Source: a virus
Lineage: Duplodnaviria; Caudoviricetes
IMG/VR virus record: IMGVR_UViG_3300030333_007526
Location: 1 to 59,112 of that record
DNA: 59,112 bases
Strand: one strand, 5' to 3'
Of this stretch, positions 22,201-30,000 are shown piece after piece. The translations under genes were made by a program, and so were the position numbers. The notes below the pieces were generated by a model. The model saw nothing but the letters and a program-made list of their open reading frames with translations, did no database searches and was not told the DNA's origin. Each line of letters starts with the position of its first letter. Positions within the stretch are counted from its first letter, which is position 1.

Positions 22201-22802
22201 AAATTTGATTCACGAGAGCCTGAACCATAAATACTTGGTAACCCAGCAGTGCCATATATGTCTTCGTCATATATATTTGAATGTTTGTTTTTATCGTTAT
22301 AAGGATTTATATGCAAAGCAGCTAAAGAATTGTTATCAGCCGAGCCAGTGCCGGGGCCTCCTTTAAACGTAATATACTCAAATGTGTTTGGAATTCCGTA
22401 ACCATCACAATCATCAGGATCGTTTGTGGTGCCGCCCCAGCCGCCATCATGAGGATTTGCAAAAGTAACAAATCCATTTGTACGAGGATATAATTTATTA
22501 AAAATAAATTTTTCAATATTTAACAGCCCATTAACATATTCATTAATTTCTGCAGCAGAGCCATCATAAGGATAGTAATCGTGGATCCATTCAATAGCCA
22601 CTCTGTAATATAAATAAGCAGAGCCATAGCGAGCAAAATTCTCTGGCTTTGTATAATCAACTTGGGGTACAAACGTTTTTTGATGCTTAGAAACAGCTCT
22701 TATGTTTCTATCTGACTCTGCGTCTTTAAACGCATCTTTGCTGTTGGTTTCTGATAAAAAATTTCTAGAATTTTCTGTATCAAAAAGTTTTTTAATACTC
22801 AT
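13215..22802 (-). CDS. Giant baseplate wedge/receptor-binding protein (gp7/P2 gpI-like motif plus LamG/ConA-like domain), 3195 aa
   Basis: LamG-like motifs VTIEFWLK, WHHYAFV, KFYVDG, GSMDEFRFWKTART, YYKFNEG; NLYNNLTNIFKSKGTEKSIR matches the KGT motif of gp7/gpI wedge proteins; follows gp25 and gp6. Confidence 0.7.
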   Translation of the reverse strand: MSIKKLFDTENSRNFLSETNSKDAFKDAESDRNIRAVSKHQKTFVPQVDYTKPENFARYGSAYLYYRVAIEWIHDYYPYDGSAAEINEYVNGLLNIEKFIFNKLYPRTNGFVTFANPHDGGWGGTTNDPDDCDGYGIPNTFEYITFKGGPGTGSADNNSLAALHINPYNDKNKHSNIYDEDIYGTAGLPSIYGSGSRESNLKSDFDNGVTIEFWLKTGSAMPLASLNDETEKQVVFDLWNNNAETDHDYGRITIELLGTSSTSPFMVTVQSGNANPGIFQQTIGTNVNVNTLANWHHYAFVLQNTGSGHAIKFYVDGEYDDILNHTGTIGTLPTKNMMGRLGALLTAPSETTATGSLAGAGKLSGSMDEFRFWKTARTAKEIGMNWYDQVRGGSNTDISNTTLGIYYKFNEGITGVSSTDSVVLDYSGRVSNGIWTGYGSNSRATGSAIVLASGSNYTSEYKDPIIYADHPDVSALKTALLDSGSYHDRQNNSSFLSLLPAWMIEEDENQGKEFQSDLRYMTHIVGTYFDKLYLQIQEIPKLRHATYTSASYTPYPMARHLPQSLGLNLPEIFVDASITEKFLNKTLTGSYQFDLTETKNLIYENLYNNLTNIFKSKGTEKSIRNVFRCFNLDESLMRLNTYSDGNEYLLKNNLQQTLINKNVINFNENDNLSAVIYQKQYTGSAFEPPPSDVISGDTSGFISGSHGAGYSALNAPVGGPGAGSNRGLEDPYGFTMETDVIFPSFYRSLDKVERRFITGSLFGMYTVATGSTAIKSGAETTWITSLAEDSGGDNESGPDVANFQVFAVRDGIYSKNVRFMLSSSNEGLNGKVPFPVLTSSTYLGVYNNSRWSLSVRLAPSLSSSFGVAGVVSGSVESFKSGHNNYDLIFSGYNNENGYPLNSFKLTASINHSVATNFLNASKRVYAGSRRTNITGSILNLCDVNINSVKYWTRYIEDGNLQQHANDIDSLGVSGSYLNTSPRDLNSFGHDILNSNSLVLNWNFENITGSDSNGNFFITDTSSGSAEIRNNYGWAGNLAGNQHTGYGFGFAESSTDVINKKAINYFKFIDPEKALSSDMINILSGDDITFGREPNVGKYYFTIEKSMYNAISEEMLKFFAGVVDFNNIIGEPVNRYRQNYKALEKLRQSFFRKAVKTTQVEKFVDYYKWFDDSLATIISQLMPASSDFEPDMLNVVESHVLERNKYQFKFPTIEFKETDPDVAMKGARENQYSWAEGSSTIPASPRPTNENRLYWDERADRSSIEISSSRSTNSPSVNSNIDAQRNTFRRIIYSSPALSQSSPLSFTSDGTSYSAGGFSSGSFGKLYNIEFGNPMNKDAFIKGGVNFTDNKNIDFTYNAIRPAGPVENDGQTFIPQNVILGFANHFVDLHETHQWRADKTPRMLTKRYLSTLHGRNFEHDGTGYSNVKSSFAFPFNIISSSVVSGYNKVIVDSVTGGIEIVNLHHDTYGDSFEVPMQGPFTNYAVGGHQSRHIAINTGSDAWYNRAEAWKLLFGTCVGYNENHGLTGAIGMVSPDYPWPEANEIGVLPYPLTASQKAWLYRDFVAKRPVNIRNIHMRTGSTILGNYQKNYEIVSTVGAINNPRAFIEEQPTLPDAIYLAHSGSTTNVRTFLDIRRNSGSHFKFIDEYNAGYLTGTENKSVIVSRFAAPGGIEVMGRGYLDFRSSEFSVYNSLLNRNLTVIKPSQGSTGSLSVEIGSGSAGIIVQDIHGRDFGLRSHLSRHSARFGRDSHIVTSSANLPGAQYDQAPSFHKINRNKLTTLKITNETADTYSPKTITTATASKFDNFYVQHAIPRSDLQYSWFTSSVVMDGERFYAYMPVHGEQAGLHSSSADGYVAYFDYVSASSVVPQLIQGLYQPTSRINILAFDSLTASGDVNTLGFPTTIDNDEYFNKTIVDKLQIENFLTTSADYFNVLMTKRNGNYGWNWQRLRMQDHPILRNEHLSGVVSRADISTNAISIYNVPPVSMRGRPALLNFSSNDGDVTLKITHNNEKIYFNDVEFNDLQGLPNLQTVTPLNQVLELTNAGNYRVNWVMYCENIFPSKRNEFVSSSRERIGYDNKFWRDDAVDRVAVGNSVLNSFGVSVVPVSQSSWPLDAQINFLTRSGVPNVGTGGDELANIREGSAGELQNNYFLVHSGVAQNDPNSEATLSPGALYSRKHIITSPRSVASPTGPYIAETGSIEKGLEPFNVGIQIDPFGGEALWEAGTQAGIVTITDGATTFHATASNPWFSKYDDYKEDLLLMARDFSIVPEYRISEHVEDYVRYGISSTDKTDTFEIPGTNINSSTSSFYTDYSNSEFLNDFLNIKSESLLDATEIRLVCSAAIRFNPYKGFYPAQRTLDLVSQFSRSYGAGFDASIQPNSAATKKYNGFDLIQNRGGLLRPLMQPLYSPGILFNSIKSGLAVDYPILTDSTKLSASYYGSTDGAATHNWAITPKEPPASTKYGYRGGEFWDQRVPFEAILAPEKYIAGVQILDVEPHPSASFNATASMGAASDEIYSMMASNFFGEVGSFFLKDDSYTSLKSGVVTNDLRFTSGSVYGARIKLRRSVSGSRDYRGDSGSAGNNVAYGMAGALVHDGTGFGKSTFPLPQDPKQGLLFKESFTMYSRPTAFGPPVAGQPDGTGSIAAAVIKTFPMDSFNGYNWSFTPPYTNGEAWCDLIFRPDPNKSYDLEQILSEVSSAYWRADPGHVVSNKPCLISSFEDSDFTQSTNFIYSGHNVNLNAMQISASINLFGVERVLQQESDTFGNKLKTTNITAGKKWVIQPKWETPMLNFNDKGIHPITNADGNLTLPTYASGSVPRGMWHQFGVVPESPDKGIFLEIGDIPTDWLKNHYDVIVNDTIYNNMDADTGTSVYKKMASLTDLAGFDTSTSKRLGEISESRTISEAVVAVPYIVDSVKGTSEAAGAFNSTRKSFINIPTLRYKAALASAKGTLTGDSLDAAGESIRKLIQKMDKYVLPPQFDFLNNSLVEPIVMYMFEFEYKFDKDDLSYIWQNLSPRDSKKISFQYQSVAHELMDTELLSESNILDNENLRWMVFKVKQKSQGHYYNHVTPQVGQASTDIFSFDDETTGYKVGFNWPYDYLSFVELIKMDAQVLFSRTETTSVSNEIPEVSNMSPPRTNTENTTDNVSNGQTTRRRTSRNRSANTNRTSRNGRSRNRRNGNNGSGTGGRGGGGMGGY

Positions 22803-24850
22803 AGTTTTTCTACTCTAAACCTAAACGTCTGATTTTGTTCAACCCATGACGATAAAGAATTGTCATAAAACGAAAACGCAAATGCATATTCATACCCAGG
22901 TTCTAATAATGTCATGTCAAAATTAAAATAATTACCAGACACGTCATAAGATAAATACGTGTGGTTATCGCTGCCTGTTCCATAATCAACAGCGCGATAA
23001 TTATCTAATGTTCTAAAAACTCTATATGAAGCGCTATGGATTGTATTTGTTTCGACTTTTGATATAGCTTTTGTGTGAATATTGGGGCTCCAATTTTTTT
23101 GTCTGACAAATAAATTGAATCTTGCAGTTTCATCGGCTCGATAGCTATTGCGTAAATTTGTAATGGCCAGATAATTTCTTTCTGTTTGTATGGTGTTTAA
23201 GGTGTCTTGTAAAATTGGTTTTATAGAGCCAGTATGAAATCTTCTTTTTAAATGTTTTCCATCTTCTAAGCTTCCACTTGACCACACATCATATAATGTT
23301 AAGATTGGATCAAATCCTGTAGCCAGCTCAGATGCCGTAATAGCTATAGAAGCTGAATAAATTCCTGTAGAAACCCACCCTCCAGTTGCAAAATATTGTA
23401 AAGTAACATTTGCCCCATCGGTTGTGCCCGCTGTTGATTGGCTATTAATTAAAAGCGCACCACTAGAACCAGTTGGGGCGGTATCATCGACATTTCCAGA
23501 AAACAAACTAACCATAACAGAGCCAGTTTTTTCAATTCCAACAATGTCTTTTAGTTGTCCACGCACATAGTTGTATAAATAAATTGTATTTAAATTATCT
23601 GCTGGTGATGCTACTGAGCTACTATAATAAAAATTACCGCGATCATCTCTTAAGGTATCATCCCAACGTGCTTCAATATATGGACGTTTAAAAAAGTATT
23701 GACTTTTTCTTCCAAAAAATCTTTTAATATAATATGATGTTGTGGAGCCGCTTGGATTTTGTATCAAGCCGTCATCGTCTGCGCGGCCAGAAACTTTTCC
23801 AGCCAAGTAATCAATGGCTCCTGACGCTTCTTGACTAGAGGTAAGCATTATTCCAATACCATAATTAGAATATGTGCCAGCTATCCATTGCTCAACCCAT
23901 GGAGTAATATCAATTTCAACATCTTCTGTTCCGTCTGCTAAAGTTTGATCAAAGATGTAAATTGGTGTATCTACCTGCTTGTTGGAGCCGGCAGAGTACG
24001 TATGATATGAGCCGCCTGCTAGCAATGTTCCGCATATATCTGACCAGTAATTTACAGTAGCTGCTCCAAATTGCGTAGTAGCAGTTATTACACTATCGCT
24101 AATTGCTGTGCCGGCAAAGTTTGTACTCTGTTGATTAAGTGTTGCGTGATTCATTGTTAATGTTACAACGGCACCAGAAGAGGTAGCAGTAATATTCAAT
24201 GTACCAGCATCATCCGCCGCATTAATAGCTGCAGCAATATTTGTAGCAAATTGTGTTGCGTTTTCTGCTGCGTTTGCAAAAGCAATTTTTGTTGCTGTGG
24301 ATGTCGAAATAGTATTATCAATTGTAAAAGATACTGAATTATCGTCGGCATCTAAAATTGTTAACACTCTTGTGTTGGCTTGGCCGGCTGTTTTACTTAA
24401 CGCTGTTAGGGTTGCTTGTGCTCCAGTATTTCCACCGCTGGATGCTGTCATCCAATTGCTACCTTCATTGCCAAGCGTAAGATCTTTATAGCTTTCCATA
24501 TCAAGGCCCACGCCTTCTTGCCATGATTGAGACACCATCATAAAAACATATTTAGCATCTTTTGGAACGGTTTTTGTATGAGATGCGTTAAACATTCGTA
24601 AATAAAAATTTACACTTCCGCTTGCTGGGATTAAATCACTTGTACGATCTGTAGAAATATCAGTTATCGGAAACTGAACTAGAGCGCGAGATAGTTCTGC
24701 AGAACTTGTTGAATATCTTCCATAAATTGAAAACACATCTAAGACATCAGACGCACCCATGTTGGCGCCGGTTGCCCTAGTAGATAAATCTGGTCGATAT
24801 GCGTTCGCAATCGTTGTATCAGCGCTTGCTGTGTAGCGTTTAAGTGCCAT
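22799..24850 (-). CDS. Virion structural protein with DNRLRE-like N-terminal domain and Ig-like C-terminus
   Basis: ADTTI..AY.P.....N.G....L.V...SRALVQF...SQSWQEG pattern resembles DNRLRE-type domains; internal A/T-rich insert (TNIAAAINAA...ITATSSGAVVTLT). Confidence 0.5.
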   Translation of the reverse strand: MALKRYTASADTTIANAYRPDLSTRATGANMGASDVLDVFSIYGRYSTSSAELSRALVQFPITDISTDRTSDLIPASGSVNFYLRMFNASHTKTVPKDAKYVFMMVSQSWQEGVGLDMESYKDLTLGNEGSNWMTASSGGNTGAQATLTALSKTAGQANTRVLTILDADDNSVSFTIDNTISTSTATKIAFANAAENATQFATNIAAAINAADDAGTLNITATSSGAVVTLTMNHATLNQQSTNFAGTAISDSVITATTQFGAATVNYWSDICGTLLAGGSYHTYSAGSNKQVDTPIYIFDQTLADGTEDVEIDITPWVEQWIAGTYSNYGIGIMLTSSQEASGAIDYLAGKVSGRADDDGLIQNPSGSTTSYYIKRFFGRKSQYFFKRPYIEARWDDTLRDDRGNFYYSSSVASPADNLNTIYLYNYVRGQLKDIVGIEKTGSVMVSLFSGNVDDTAPTGSSGALLINSQSTAGTTDGANVTLQYFATGGWVSTGIYSASIAITASELATGFDPILTLYDVWSSGSLEDGKHLKRRFHTGSIKPILQDTLNTIQTERNYLAITNLRNSYRADETARFNLFVRQKNWSPNIHTKAISKVETNTIHSASYRVFRTLDNYRAVDYGTGSDNHTYLSYDVSGNYFNFDMTLLEPGYEYAFAFSFYDNSLSSWVEQNQTFRFRVEKL

Positions 24851-26646
24851 TATCTAATATTTCCTGTAAAATCAACATCTGGAAATTTGATTTCAAAAAT
24901 TGCATTTTTTGGGCAAATTAATTTTGTTCCATTTGGAGACATATTTTTATTAATAAGTATGCTGTTAGATGAGTAATTAGTACCAATTTTAGGTACAATT
25001 TGCACTAATGCAACATCAACTACAGAATCAATTTTATTGAGTTCTTTATAAACTTCTGAAATGTTTAAGTGTTCACCGATGTAAAATTTAGTTTCAAATT
25101 TTCTTTTTAATGCGCTGATACATTCCTCCAAGACTTCATGCTTGTTTGCATTCGGGGTCGCTTGCACAACAAAATCAATACCAAGGTTGATTATAAATGG
25201 ATCTAAAATATCAATTGTATCATTAATCATCCTATATTGATTTAGCCAAATTTTTAAATTATTTTTAATTGTTCGATTCAATAGCATTAATTTATCTGTA
25301 GGGTCTTGAGCTATGACATACATATTTAAGTTTCTTTTCATTGAGTCTGGATCTCTTTGAACGCTGACTCTTTTAACGGAACCAAATTTTTCTGGCATTC
25401 TTAAAGCAATGTTTTCATAATCAGCTTGAGTGACTGCCCTATTTTGAGTGGGAAAGGTATCAAAAATTTGTTGTTTAAGCTCAAGCATTCCAACAGTCGA
25501 TGCATCACCGATTATAGGAGTCTCATTAACAACTTCTAAAGACGCCTCAACATCTTGTATTTTTGTTGAAGATAGTTTTTGTACATCAGAAAAATTATAC
25601 TTAGCGTTTACAACTTTGTTTATTGCTCCAACACCAGCGCTGTTGTTTCTTCCAGAAAGTGTTCTGTATGCCACTGTGATTGTAGTATTTGATGGGGCAA
25701 TTCCAAAATTAGAATTAAGAGAAAGTCTTGTTGGGTCAAATGCTATATCAGTGGTGTAGTTTTTTCCAAATAAATCAATAGCCATTGATTGCGGCTCAGC
25801 CACAACATTGCCAGCGCTTTCGTCTCCAGAGCCAAATTGTATAGTGGTGCTGCTTCTATTTCTGGTAGTTGTAAATTTTCTTGAAACTAGCATGGGTTTC
25901 AAAATAGACGGCACGTTATCATTCAAATAATTATTGTTGGAAATTTCTTTATAAACTATATCTTGAGACAAATAATCAACCTCAAAATATTCATTTCCTT
26001 GAGCATCTACAACTTTAATAATTTCTACAACATTAGGATCATTAATACTTATTGTTTTAAATCTTTCAAAAGGTCCAATATTATATGTATTTTGTTGTAA
26101 AATGCCAGATACAACATCTCCATAAGCTTTCACAGCGTAAAAAGTGGGGGCTCCTGTTGTATCATTAACCCTAGCTACAACTCTCGGATTAGTTGTAAGT
26201 CCAAAATCAACGTTTTGTGTCAAAATGTATGATATGTTATTTTTAGAAGTAAAGGTGGTGCCTCTTTGTAAAACTGGAGTATATAGCTGATCAGGGCCAA
26301 GCCCTGTGGCTGAAGCAGGTATTAAAACAAATAACGCAACTTTACCAAACGCAGAACTTCTAGCTCGTGGTTTATATCCAAGAGCCCTACCATGACGAGT
26401 AATATTTCCATATTGATATGCAGTATCTAAAAAACTTTCATTTACATTATAGTCAAGATAAAAAGATAGTTGATCTGCAACATATGCAACCGAGTCGATC
26501 ATTAGCGAACCAAAAGATCCTTCGCTCCAATCTTGAAATTTATCTGGATAAAATCTTTCAACTATTTCAAGTAAATCATTTCTTATTTCAGAAAATTCAC
26601 GACTTGTATATTTTATTGGTACTGATTTATTTGAATCTTTTGGCAT
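24850..26646 (-). CDS. Baseplate wedge protein (T4 gp6 / baseplate J-like)
   Basis: YTSREFSEIRNDL, DWSEGSFG..MID.VAYVADQLSFYLD...NESFLDTA and QNRAVTQADYE are gp6-family motifs. Confidence 0.9.
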   Translation of the reverse strand: MPKDSNKSVPIKYTSREFSEIRNDLLEIVERFYPDKFQDWSEGSFGSLMIDSVAYVADQLSFYLDYNVNESFLDTAYQYGNITRHGRALGYKPRARSSAFGKVALFVLIPASATGLGPDQLYTPVLQRGTTFTSKNNISYILTQNVDFGLTTNPRVVARVNDTTGAPTFYAVKAYGDVVSGILQQNTYNIGPFERFKTISINDPNVVEIIKVVDAQGNEYFEVDYLSQDIVYKEISNNNYLNDNVPSILKPMLVSRKFTTTRNRSSTTIQFGSGDESAGNVVAEPQSMAIDLFGKNYTTDIAFDPTRLSLNSNFGIAPSNTTITVAYRTLSGRNNSAGVGAINKVVNAKYNFSDVQKLSSTKIQDVEASLEVVNETPIIGDASTVGMLELKQQIFDTFPTQNRAVTQADYENIALRMPEKFGSVKRVSVQRDPDSMKRNLNMYVIAQDPTDKLMLLNRTIKNNLKIWLNQYRMINDTIDILDPFIINLGIDFVVQATPNANKHEVLEECISALKRKFETKFYIGEHLNISEVYKELNKIDSVVDVALVQIVPKIGTNYSSNSILINKNMSPNGTKLICPKNAIFEIKFPDVDFTGNIR

Positions 26647-26658
26647 GCAATTTCCTCT

Positions 26659-27027
26659 CTATGTGGTGACCTGCAAATTATCACGTATTCCTAATCTTGG
26701 AATGCTATATTTAATGGTTAATCCTAATGTACTTGTGTCAGGCGATGAAGAATCGAAAATGATATCGTTAATTTTTACAGCTGGTAAATAAATATTTACC
26801 TGTTCTGTTATTTTTTGCTGTATAGCGCCAAAAACGTTCTCTCCAAAATTAGAAAATAAATACTGCTTTAGGCCAACTCCATATTCAGGAACCATTACTC
26901 GCTCGCCAGGCATGGTTAAAATTAACATTTTTAAATTTTGCCTAACAAGCTGTTTAAAAGTTATAATTGAAGTAAATCCTGTTCCCTCATCAAGGGTTAA
27001 AGGTATTGATATTCCTAATCTAGACAT
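26659..27027 (-). CDS. Baseplate wedge/sheath initiator (T4 gp25-like, GPW_gp25)
   Basis: VRQNLKMLILTMPGERVMVPEYGVGLKQYLF motif; 122 aa; directly upstream of the gp6-like gene. Confidence 0.92.
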   Translation of the reverse strand: MSRLGISIPLTLDEGTGFTSIITFKQLVRQNLKMLILTMPGERVMVPEYGVGLKQYLFSNFGENVFGAIQQKITEQVNIYLPAVKINDIIFDSSSPDTSTLGLTIKYSIPRLGIRDNLQVTT

Positions 27028-27040
27028 TATAAAACCTCAA

Positions 27041-27048
27041 TATAATTA
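27041..27048 (-). promoter_or_regulatory. Candidate late promoter motif TAATTATA
   Basis: Overlaps the upstream stop and precedes SD GAGG of the gp25-like gene. Confidence 0.25.
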
Positions 27049-30000
27049 TTCCTTTTCACAAATATTCCCTTTAGAATCAAACGGATTGTTTCTAAATTTG
27101 CTTTTTTTCCACCATGGCAATAGTGGTTTTCCAACCGCAGGCTTTAAATTGGCTCTAAGATTATTCATAAACGCTTCGCCAACATCAGGTAAATCAAATT
27201 GTCCAGGCCGGAGCCTGGCAGAATTATAATGACGCCTAAATTTTCTTTTAATTGTTTTTTTAGTTCTTTGTAATAATTCTTGATCCCATGAATCCCATTC
27301 GGTGACAAATAGCCCACCAATAATTCCAGGTTGCCTATCTGTATAGCTAGCCCATCCGTCAGTACCAATCGAACTTCCAACAACACTTGTTGAGCCATCA
27401 GCATTCTCGAATTGTTCAAATTCGGCGCGCATGCCGGGTTTTTGATCTGCTGAAGTTGAGCCGGCTCCAAAGGAATCATTGTTTGCAACAGTTACTTCGC
27501 CAATTGACGGCAAAAAACCCATTCCGTTATAAATTGCTGCTAGTGACGTAAACTTATTTAATGGAAAAATGTATCGATAAACTAACTTAAATATTTTATC
27601 TTCTTTTAACAAATTTATTAAACACAATAAAAGTTTGCTATTTCCTTGCAATGGTATAAATTGACCAATTGTGGTATCCAAAGAATCTACTTCAACAGAA
27701 GTTAGCTCATAAGTTTCGCCATTAATAATAATTGAAAAACTTATACCATGTCTAACGCCTAGTTCTCCAGTTAAAGAAATTGCCCTATTATCTTCATCAC
27801 GCACAACTTCCATTGTTCCCGGATAAATATCTGAAATGTTTAAAGCATTATCATTTTCTAAAATTAATTCTACTGCATCATTTGGAGAATATCTAACTCC
27901 ATCAATTAAAGTGTATTTTTGTAAGTAGAAGGGCATTTCAGTTGTCGAATCTATTGAATCTCCGTGGTTTGCACAATCACCAATTGGAACTATCATTTTT
28001 GTAGAAAATGGTTTTAAAACATTATGTGCTGCTTGTGTATGAACATCACCGGCCATATATTTTAGAGTGCCATCATCTTCTTCATGCGTATGATAGTAGC
28101 CAGAATATACATCTCCTTTTGAATATTCTGATTCTTCATCATTGACCTCATAAACACTAAACTCATTTCCAGCAGTGTACAGGTTTTCTAAACCTGCCTC
28201 GCTTGGTAGCTCCTCACTAGATTCAATTAAATTTTCTTCAGATATATCTATAGTCGAATCATAAACAAAATTAGAAAAAAGATAAGATGCCAAATCATCA
28301 ATTTCTGGCTTAAGGCCAATGGTTTCTAAGTTTGTTCGCAACGATGAAGACATGTTATTCAGTTCATCAATAACCATCTGGGTTAAAACTTTTTTAGCCA
28401 ACTTTCTTGTTTTATAAATGGAGTTGAGTCTACTTTCTTGTCGATAATTTTTTAATAGTTTTGATTGTTTGATTCTTCCGGATTCTTTTTCTGCTTGTAA
28501 ATCCATCCTATTGGGATAATAAAAATTCTCTTGCAAATCATTTAAGCCTAATAAAGCATCTAAAACATATTGAGTTGGTTCTTGAATAATTTCCAAATCG
28601 ACGTTTCTAGCATATGTTTGAACTGCTTGTTCTAAAAACGAATACCAAAATTCGTCATCTTTAAATAAACTTAAACGCTCTTCAGAATCACTATCTGCTC
28701 CAGATAAAACTTTTTCCATATCTTCAACTATAAAAGCAGCATACAAGCCACTAAAAACATTAGGAAAATCAATTTTAAATTTAGAAAAAGTAGCCAACGA
28801 TCTAACAATATGACTTGTAATAAATATTCTTATTGTTGATATTAAAAGACCTTCAATTGTTGCTGCAGAATCTCTAGACAATAATTTATTATACGCAAGT
28901 TCTGTTACACAATCTTTATCTGTTGCTTTTAGGCGATCATCATGTGGAATTTTTGGCAAACGATCGTTAACAATTTCTGAAATTTCAGAAAAGTTTACTA
29001 AATCTACTTTTTTATTGTCTTTGCAATGTGTAATTTCAGGAAATAAAACATCAATCATACCCATCCAGCCTTCGTTTTTAAGAGGAGAAATATAAACTGC
29101 TGGATTCATATATGTTCCGCCAAATGTGTTTGGATCCAAATAGAACACTCTGTTTGTGTCATCGCGTCCTTCATTTTCAATTTGATATTGCATTCGACTC
29201 ATTCCTAAAATTGAATCGTCTTTAATGATATTACGATATATTGTATTCCCATCTTCGTCTTCTGATTCTATTTCAGCTTCTCCGTATGGCATTCCAGAAT
29301 CTCGAAAGCCGGGACCTAAAACATATTCTACATCGTCTTCAGATAAATTATCGTATTCTGCCCCATAAGTAAATGCGGCCTCATTATCTCCAACTTCAAA
29401 TAAAATTTCTTTCATTAAATCATTCATTAAAGAATCGTAAAAAGACTTTACTTCGTCTAATTCTATTTCAGCGTTTTTATTGGTTATTAATTCTCTCAAC
29501 AAAACAACTTGAGGAATATAATCAGATTTTTGTCTAAAACATTCATTAAATTTAGGATAGTTTTCATCTTGTATATCATCAATTGTGGTGTCTTCAAAAT
29601 ATATTTCATCATATCTTTCGGTAACTACTTTACTTTCATCATTATCAGATCCAAATGGATTTTTCAAACCATCGTCAACTACATTTGAAGCATTAGGGGA
29701 TACAATTTTAGCGCCAGGATTGAATTTTTTTTCAATTAATAATCTTATATTATCTTTAGGGCGATTCACTGTGACTGGAGTTGCTGCTGGTTGGCTTCCG
29801 CCGGGAATATTTCTGGTTGTATAAAGATCTGAAATAAAAACGCTTATATCAAATCCATATGAATAGGCAGAATTTGATGAATTTTCTCCGTATCTATATC
29901 CTTTCGCATTATCTTTAAAAATTAATTTCATGTCTGGGGTGGATTTTCTGGCCTTTCTTACTAATTTTATTTTTTTAGATTCCCACTTAATTGATGTTGT

